Assembly (NCBI GenBank): GCA_963777605.1
Contig: CAVZRV010000029.1
Coordinates: forward strand, 96,001-160,000
Length of the DNA stretch: 64,000 nucleotides
DNA from: an uncultured Acidobacteriota bacterium
Lineage (GTDB): Bacteria > Acidobacteriota > UBA6911 > RPQK01 > JAPXNP01
Direction: 5' to 3'
The notes below the pieces were generated by a model. The model worked only from the letters and a program-made list of their open reading frames with translations, was not told the origin of the DNA and did no database searches. Within the stretch, counting starts at the first letter, position 1. Each line of letters begins with the position of its first letter. Below, piece by piece: positions 58,135 to 64,000 of the stretch. The position numbers and the translations under genes were made by a program.

Positions 58135-58650
58135 ATGATCACAAATAGTCGTTCCCGGTTGCGGGAAGATATGGATTGTGGAATGTTCGACTCGGATCTC
58201 AGGTTGGGCGCTACCCAGACAGAAAGAATCGATTTCATACTTTCGGTCCTGGTGCGCGCGTGTGACGCGGAGTCCGTGCTGCTGGTCAGCGCAGGCGGCC
58301 AGGAGATCGCCGGGAAAGGCGACCTGGCCTCCGTTGATCGTGCTGCCGTGGCCTCCCTGTCCGCCGGGACGGTCGCGGCGATGGCTGAACTGGCCGGGGC
58401 ATTCGGGGAATCCCAATTCAAGGGAACGACTCACCGGGGAAGAGACCGGACAATCCTGTTGCGGCCGATCGGCAGGAAGGCACTTCTCGTTGTGACCGCG
58501 ATCAATCGGAGAATCCATCCACGCCTCGGGCACACTCTCTTCAGGGCGGTTCCGGTTTTGACGGATATTCTCGAGCATTCGACGGAACCCGGTGGCGTTA
58601 CTATCGATGGTCGAACGGGTTCCCAGGTCGGCGGGCTGACCGGTTCGTGA
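58135..58650 (+). CDS. mglB: Roadblock/LC7 protein (MglB-like)
   Basis: VLLVSAGGQEIA, SLSAGTVAAMAELA-FGE; upstream of mglA; start uncertain. Confidence 0.7.
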   Translation: MITNSRSRLREDMDCGMFDSDLRLGATQTERIDFILSVLVRACDAESVLLVSAGGQEIAGKGDLASVDRAAVASLSAGTVAAMAELAGAFGESQFKGTTHRGRDRTILLRPIGRKALLVVTAINRRIHPRLGHTLFRAVPVLTDILEHSTEPGGVTIDGRTGSQVGGLTGS

Positions 58651-58665
58651 TCGAGGAGTACTGAG

Positions 58666-59325
58666 TTGGCATTCATCAACTATGCAAGCCAGGAAGTAAA
58701 CTGCAAGATTGTGTACTGCGGCCCGGGGATGTCCGGGAAGACCACGAATATTATCCAGATCTATCGTTCGCTGAGACCTGAAGTGCGCGGGCGGCTGGTT
58801 TCGCTGCACTCCGAGGCGGAACGTACCCTGTTCTTCGATTTTCTGCCCGTGGAACTGGGGAGGGTCCGGGGATTCAACGTGAGGCTTCACCTCTATTCGG
58901 TTCCGGGCCAGGTTTTCCACGCTGCGACCCGGAAGCTGGTGTTTCGGGGAGTCGACGGGATTGTCTTCGTCGCCGATTCGCGGATGGACCGTGTCGACGC
59001 CAATCTCGAGGCGCAGCGTGATCTGCATGAGAACCTGGGGATTTACCAACCGAATCTGCACGAACTCCCGTATGTCCTGCAATTGAACAAGCGGGATCTC
59101 AGCGAAACCCTGGATGTGGACTCGTTGACCAACCTTCTCAGAATGAACGGTGAGCCCGTTTACCAGGCGATCGCGATGGAGAACCAGGGCGTGCAGGAAA
59201 CCCTCAAAGAGATTACCCGGCAGATCATGTTTCGATTGGAGAGAGCCCTGGAACCGGCGGAAGGAAGGATCCGCACCCGGTTTTCCCGCCGGCACGGCTC
59301 AGCCGAACAGCTGGTTCGAGCCTGA
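58666..59325 (+). CDS. mglA: MglA-family small GTPase
   Basis: INYASQEVNCKIVYCGPGMSGKTTN, ERTLFFDF, VPGQ, GVDGIVFVADS, NKRDL. Confidence 0.92.
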   Translation: MAFINYASQEVNCKIVYCGPGMSGKTTNIIQIYRSLRPEVRGRLVSLHSEAERTLFFDFLPVELGRVRGFNVRLHLYSVPGQVFHAATRKLVFRGVDGIVFVADSRMDRVDANLEAQRDLHENLGIYQPNLHELPYVLQLNKRDLSETLDVDSLTNLLRMNGEPVYQAIAMENQGVQETLKEITRQIMFRLERALEPAEGRIRTRFSRRHGSAEQLVRA

Positions 59326-59408
59326 GCGACGGCGCCCTTCCGAGATCATGGCGGAGGCAAACCCTGCCGGTTTTCCCACTCCAGCTGGACTTCTGGTAGT
59401 CTGACTGC

Positions 59409-60713
59409 ATGGGATTCCGGCTGGATGAGGTGGATCGCGTTCGGGGACTTTATCCCGATGTTCCGAAGGAAGCGGTCGTCAAAGAGGACGTCCTGCGCAC
59501 GGGTTTGGCATTCTCCGACGATGCCCTGAGAGTTGCTTCGGGTTTCAAACCGAAAGCCTATTTTATCTTCTCATTCGACCTGGTTCCCATCTCGGAGATG
59601 CCCAGCCGGGAGAATCTGCGCGTGCCGGAGGAAGTTGCCCTGGAAGGGGGCGCATTCGACTTCAAAAGGGTCATCGTCAGTGTTCGAGTGAATCCCCGGT
59701 CTCCTTACCGGGTGGAACTCAGTCCGGAAGGGCAACTCGTGTTGGTGCTGGAAGGAAGTGAAATCTGTGGCGTGCAGTACCCCGAGTTTCCGCCTTACTA
59801 TCGCCGCACTCTTTCCAATGGTAAACCGATCACTGATATTGCCCCAACCATTGAGTGGGGCTATCTGCTCTACCTGACCGTGTTTCGGCTCTGCCAGTAC
59901 TTCGGCCGGCAGGAGGAGTGCCAGTACTGCGATATCAACGAGAATTACCGGCAGCAAAAGAAAAGTGGGCGGCCCTACACCGCGATCAAGTCAGTTGACG
60001 AGATCCTCGAAGCGCTCGAGATCATCTACGAACTCGATTCGGTCAGCCGTGCGTACACCGTTACCGGAGGCAGCGTCACCGGAAATCTCAACGGGCTCAG
60101 TGAAGTCGAGTTCTATGCCCAGTACCCTGAGGCAATCGAACGCCGATTCCCGGGGCGCTGGATCAGCAAGGTCGTGGTCCAGGCGCTTCCTCGCAACGAG
60201 GTGCGGCAGCTGAAGGACGCCGGCGTCCGTATTTACCACCCCAACTACGAAGTCTGGGACCACAAACTGTTCGAAAGACTGTGTGCCGGAAAGAGCCGTT
60301 ACGTCGGACGTGACGAATGGATCTCACGGATCCTGGATGCGGCGACGATTTTTGGTCCGTCCAATGTCATTCCCAACTTCGTGGCCGGTATCGAGATGTC
60401 TCGCCCCGACGGGTTCAGGAGTGCAGCAGAGGCCCTCGAATCGACCGGCGAGGGACTTGACTTCTTCATGAGTCGGGGAGTTGTGCCGCGGTTCACGACC
60501 TGGTGCCCGGAGCCTTTGAGTACCCTGGGTGCAACCAACCCCGAAGGGGCGCCGCTGGACTACCACGTCGGGCTGCTCCGGACCTGGCGAGACACCCTCC
60601 TGAAGTATGGGCTGGAACCGCCACCGGGTTACGGAACCGCGGGATTGGGGCAGGCGGTGTTCTCGGTCTCTTCCTTCATGGACGTCGCACCCACTGTGGC
60701 GGCCGGGGTCTGA
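59409..60713 (+). CDS. Radical SAM superfamily protein with non-canonical CX8CX2C motif
   Basis: CQYFGRQEECQYC, TGG motif, HPNYEVWD, NFVAGIE. Confidence 0.75.
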   Translation: MGFRLDEVDRVRGLYPDVPKEAVVKEDVLRTGLAFSDDALRVASGFKPKAYFIFSFDLVPISEMPSRENLRVPEEVALEGGAFDFKRVIVSVRVNPRSPYRVELSPEGQLVLVLEGSEICGVQYPEFPPYYRRTLSNGKPITDIAPTIEWGYLLYLTVFRLCQYFGRQEECQYCDINENYRQQKKSGRPYTAIKSVDEILEALEIIYELDSVSRAYTVTGGSVTGNLNGLSEVEFYAQYPEAIERRFPGRWISKVVVQALPRNEVRQLKDAGVRIYHPNYEVWDHKLFERLCAGKSRYVGRDEWISRILDAATIFGPSNVIPNFVAGIEMSRPDGFRSAAEALESTGEGLDFFMSRGVVPRFTTWCPEPLSTLGATNPEGAPLDYHVGLLRTWRDTLLKYGLEPPPGYGTAGLGQAVFSVSSFMDVAPTVAAGV

Positions 60714-60755
60714 AACGAGGCCCATCCGCAGCTGGAATCTGGTCGGTACTGCGGG

Positions 60756-61469
60756 TTAACGCCTGCGCTCCAGCTCTTTGAAAAGACCGTGCAGCATGTT
60801 GACGTCTTCTCTTTCCAGCCGTGCCCGCCCGGCGATCTTCCGGATCCGGAGCATCATTCGCTTGGCTGAAATCCTGGCGGAAGGCTCGAGTGAGGCCAGG
60901 AGTCCTTCGATGCGCCCGAGCAGGGACTCAACCTGCTCCGGGGAGGCTGCCGCCGGGGGAGTCAGGGCGTTCCCCCTCTGCGATGAGAGGTGGAGATGGT
61001 AGCCGACGACGGCGGCCGACTGGGCCAGGTTCATGACCGGGTAGTCGCTGCCTGTCGGGATCTCAACCAGCCACTGGCACAGGCTGAGTTCTTCCCGGCG
61101 AAGACCGTTGTCCTCTGATCCGAAAACGATACCGAGGCGGTTGCCGGCAAGGCGGGGAAGGACGTCATCGGCGAAGGTAGGGACGTCGATCAGTTTCGGT
61201 TTGGCCCCCCGAAAGCGCCCGGTTGTGGCCGCCAGCAGGCCCAGTTCTTCAGAGACCGCCTCGAGTGACGGGAAGAAGCGGGCACGATCGAGGATCTCGG
61301 CTCCCTTCATTGCGAAGCTTCGCGCCTCGATTCCAACCTCGCACCCGGGGCGAACCAGGATCAAGTTTTCAAACCCCATGTTCTTCATTGCCCGAACCGA
61401 CGATCCGAGGTTGGAGGCGAATTGCGTGCGAACGAAAACGAAGTGCAGGAGGCGCTTGGGATCGTGCAT
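60756..61469 (-). CDS. TrmJ/TrmH SPOUT RNA methyltransferase
   Basis: NLGSSVRAMKNMG, VFGSEDNGL, IPT-YPVMNLAQS. Confidence 0.9.
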   Translation of the reverse strand: MHDPKRLLHFVFVRTQFASNLGSSVRAMKNMGFENLILVRPGCEVGIEARSFAMKGAEILDRARFFPSLEAVSEELGLLAATTGRFRGAKPKLIDVPTFADDVLPRLAGNRLGIVFGSEDNGLRREELSLCQWLVEIPTGSDYPVMNLAQSAAVVGYHLHLSSQRGNALTPPAAASPEQVESLLGRIEGLLASLEPSARISAKRMMLRIRKIAGRARLEREDVNMLHGLFKELERRR

Positions 61470-61676
61470 TACAAACGTCAATATAGCCTACTCACCGGTT
61501 TCTGCCCACGGACGGCCAGGCAAAGTCGGTTTCTTGAGTCCTGTCTGCCCCATAGGGTATATAATCCCGTCAAGTTAAGAATCGAAATTGCTGAATGTGT
61601 TCAGGTTTTCGAGACGGACACTCAGGGACCGCACGTTCTTTGCGGCCTTGAGTCCACATGTTGGAGGGGTGACATC

Positions 61677-63560
61677 TTGGGAGATACGACCATTCTGGCG
61701 AACCCGTTCGCGGGTGGTTCGCTGCAGCCGGCGGGTGACCCAGTCGTCAATGATTTCAGTATTCAGATTGCCACCGTGAACGGCTCGGGCAGCCAATCTT
61801 CAAACAACGTTCTAATGCGGGCGGTCTTCCACATGGGAATCCCGGTCAGCGGGAAGAACCTGTTTCCGTCCAACATCTCCGGTCTGCCCACCTGGTTCAC
61901 CGTCCGGGCGTCCCGGCACGGCTTCCTGGGACGGAAGAAGGAGATCGACATCCTGGTTGCGATGAATCCGGACACGGCCCGGGAAGATGTAGCGTCTCTC
62001 GATCCGGGAAGGGTCGTCCTCTACGACGAGCGCCTGGACCTGAGCGGAATTCGAGACGACCTGATCTTCTACCCGGTACCCTTCATGGAACTCGCGCGGG
62101 ACCTGGTGGAGGACACGCGACTGCGCAAGCTGGTTGCCAACATGGTTTATGTCGGCAGCCTGGCCGAACTACTGGGTATTCCCATGGAAGAAGTTGACGT
62201 CGCGATCGCACGCTGGTTCCAGTCGAAGCGAAAAGCCATCGAGTTGAACACCAGAGCTGCGCATGAGGGGGCTGAGTACGCCTCGAAGAACCTCGTCAAG
62301 CGTGACCCCTACCGGCTCGAACGGATGAACGCGACCCAGGGCAAGATCATCATAGACGGGAATTCGGCTGCGGCCCTGGGGAGCGTCTTTGCCGGGTTGA
62401 CGGTGGCCACGTGGTACCCGATAACTCCGTCAAGCAGCCTGGCCGAAGGAGTGATCAACTACCTGGAACAGTTCCGCAAGGACCCGGAGACAGGTCGGGC
62501 GACTTACGCCGTGCTCCAAGCCGAGGATGAACTGGCTGCTATCGGAATGGCGCTCGGTGCCGGATGGGCGGGCGCCCGCTCGATGACGGCCACGTCCGGG
62601 CCCGGGATCTCCCTGATGGCCGAACTCGCGGGCTTCGGCTACTTTACCGAAATCCCCTGTGTCATCTTCGATGTTCAGCGAGTCGGCCCCAGTACCGGCT
62701 TGCCCACGCGGACCTCCCAGGGAGACGTGTTTTCCCTCTACTACCTCTCGCACGGAGATACCAAGCACCTGGTGCTCTTTCCCGGAGACATGGTCGAGTG
62801 TTTCGAGATGGCCTACCAGGCCTTCGATCTGGCGGAGGACTTCCAGCAACCGGTCTTCGTTGCCACCGACCTGGACCTGGGCATGAACAACTGGATGTCA
62901 GATCCCTTCACGTACCCGGAGCAGCCGATCTCGCGTGGGAAAGTACTCGATCGCGAAGCGTTGGAAGAGGTGGGCGAGTTTGGGCGCTATCGGGACGTTG
63001 ACGGCGACGGGATTCCCTACCGGACGTTGCCGGGCACCGACCATCCGCTGGCGGCCTATTTTACCCGTGGGAGTGGCCACAACGAGCAGGCCAGGTACTC
63101 CGAGCGGCCGGAGGACTTCGAGGCGCTGATGGACCGGCTCATAACAAAACTCGACGTTGCGCGCACGCGGGTGCCGGCGCCCGTAGTCAACCGCCAGGAG
63201 GGGGCCGACATCGCGATCATTGGATACGGCTCGTCGGATGTGGCAATCGTTGAGAGTCTTTTCCAGTTGAAGACCGAAAGCGGGTTGGCCGCAAACTACC
63301 TGCGGATTCGGGCGCTCCCGTTCGCCTCCGAAGTGGTGGATTTCCTGCAAGAACACGAACGAATCTACGTCGTCGATCAGAACCGGGACGGCCAGATGGC
63401 CGACCTGCTCATGCTCGAAGCCCCCAGTCGGGCAGGCCAAATTCGGAAGATCTGTCATTACAACGGTCTACCTGTCGATGCCCGGTTCATCACAGATGCA
63501 ATCCTGAGAGGGGAAGGTGTCGAGGAAGACCTTTCGTCACAGCGGAGGGCTGCAAGATGA
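61677..63560 (+). CDS. 2-oxoacid:ferredoxin oxidoreductase alpha subunit (with gamma-like N-terminal domain)
   Basis: NGSGSQS, WYPITPSS, QAEDELAA, TATSGPG, QRVGPSTGLPT; TTG start after GGAGG. Confidence 0.92.
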   Translation: MGDTTILANPFAGGSLQPAGDPVVNDFSIQIATVNGSGSQSSNNVLMRAVFHMGIPVSGKNLFPSNISGLPTWFTVRASRHGFLGRKKEIDILVAMNPDTAREDVASLDPGRVVLYDERLDLSGIRDDLIFYPVPFMELARDLVEDTRLRKLVANMVYVGSLAELLGIPMEEVDVAIARWFQSKRKAIELNTRAAHEGAEYASKNLVKRDPYRLERMNATQGKIIIDGNSAAALGSVFAGLTVATWYPITPSSSLAEGVINYLEQFRKDPETGRATYAVLQAEDELAAIGMALGAGWAGARSMTATSGPGISLMAELAGFGYFTEIPCVIFDVQRVGPSTGLPTRTSQGDVFSLYYLSHGDTKHLVLFPGDMVECFEMAYQAFDLAEDFQQPVFVATDLDLGMNNWMSDPFTYPEQPISRGKVLDREALEEVGEFGRYRDVDGDGIPYRTLPGTDHPLAAYFTRGSGHNEQARYSERPEDFEALMDRLITKLDVARTRVPAPVVNRQEGADIAIIGYGSSDVAIVESLFQLKTESGLAANYLRIRALPFASEVVDFLQEHERIYVVDQNRDGQMADLLMLEAPSRAGQIRKICHYNGLPVDARFITDAILRGEGVEEDLSSQRRAAR

Positions 63561-64000
63561 CGGCTGCGTCGCGAAGAACCAACCAGATCGGACTCACCAG
63601 CGCCGACTACAAGGGAGCGCCTTCGACACTCTGTGCCGGTTGCGGGCACGATGCGATCTCGAGCCAGATCGTAAAGGCATTCTTCGAACTGGGAATCGAG
63701 CCACACCGCGTTGCCAAGATGAGCGGAATCGGTTGTTCCAGCAAGACACCGGCGTACTTTTTGGGGCGGTCCCACGGGTTCAACAGCGTCCACGGGAGGA
63801 TGCCGTCGGTTGCTACCGGGGCGGTAGCGGCCAATCGCACCCTCGTCTGTCTGGGCGTCAGCGGCGACGGTGATACGGCTTCGATCGGGCTGGGCCAGTT
63901 CTGCCACTTGCTCAGGCGGAACGTCCCGATGGTCTATGTGCTCGAGAACAATGGAGTCTACGGGCTGACGAAGGGACAGTTTTCTGCAACGGCTGACCGT
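63557..64000 (+). CDS. 2-oxoacid:ferredoxin oxidoreductase beta subunit, 3'-truncated by window edge
   Basis: MTAASRRTN...LCAGCGH, SGIGCSS, HGR, SGDGD, NNGVYGLTKGQ (not in the ORF track because it has no stop in the window). Confidence 0.92.
   Translation, partial: MTAASRRTNQIGLTSADYKGAPSTLCAGCGHDAISSQIVKAFFELGIEPHRVAKMSGIGCSSKTPAYFLGRSHGFNSVHGRMPSVATGAVAANRTLVCLGVSGDGDTASIGLGQFCHLLRRNVPMVYVLENNGVYGLTKGQFSATADR

Overview
About 60% GC bacterial chromosome segment. Gene content and order suggest Acidobacteriota (inference). The housekeeping backbone holds tRNA-Pro(CGG), tRNA-Arg(CCT), acyP, apt, dgt, yceD-rpmF-fabD-fabG-acpP-fabF, a 7TM-HD gene with ybeY, corC-like and ribD, accBC, thiE, two NSS transporters, rplM-rpsI-rpsB-tsf-pyrH-frr, lepB, carAB, speA, a truncated glmU, mglBA and 2-oxoacid:ferredoxin oxidoreductase alpha/beta. 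There are two type IV pilus operons (minor pilins; pilMNOPQ). Each has a CRP-type GTGA-N6-TCAC-like site about 41 bp upstream of a predicted start, and a Crp gene adjoins the minor-pilin operon. A ~13.7 kb accessory stretch (25.5-39.2 kb) holds the most unusual signals: (i) a non-coding head-to-tail array of three 330-420 bp units with conserved flanks but a different palindromic REP-like cargo in each, plus a solo copy at 15.25-15.64 kb; (ii) an OsmC-like selenoprotein missed by the ORF track (in-frame UGA at the catalytic Cys position plus a SECIS-like hairpin); (iii) a set of apparently exported enzymes (Tat RidA, Tat SelA-like PLP enzyme, Tat SGNH esterase, secreted amidohydrolase and glycosidase-like protein); (iv) four gene remnants, three of them collapsed by internal deletion. 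All calls come from reading the sequence and recognising motifs; no searches were run.
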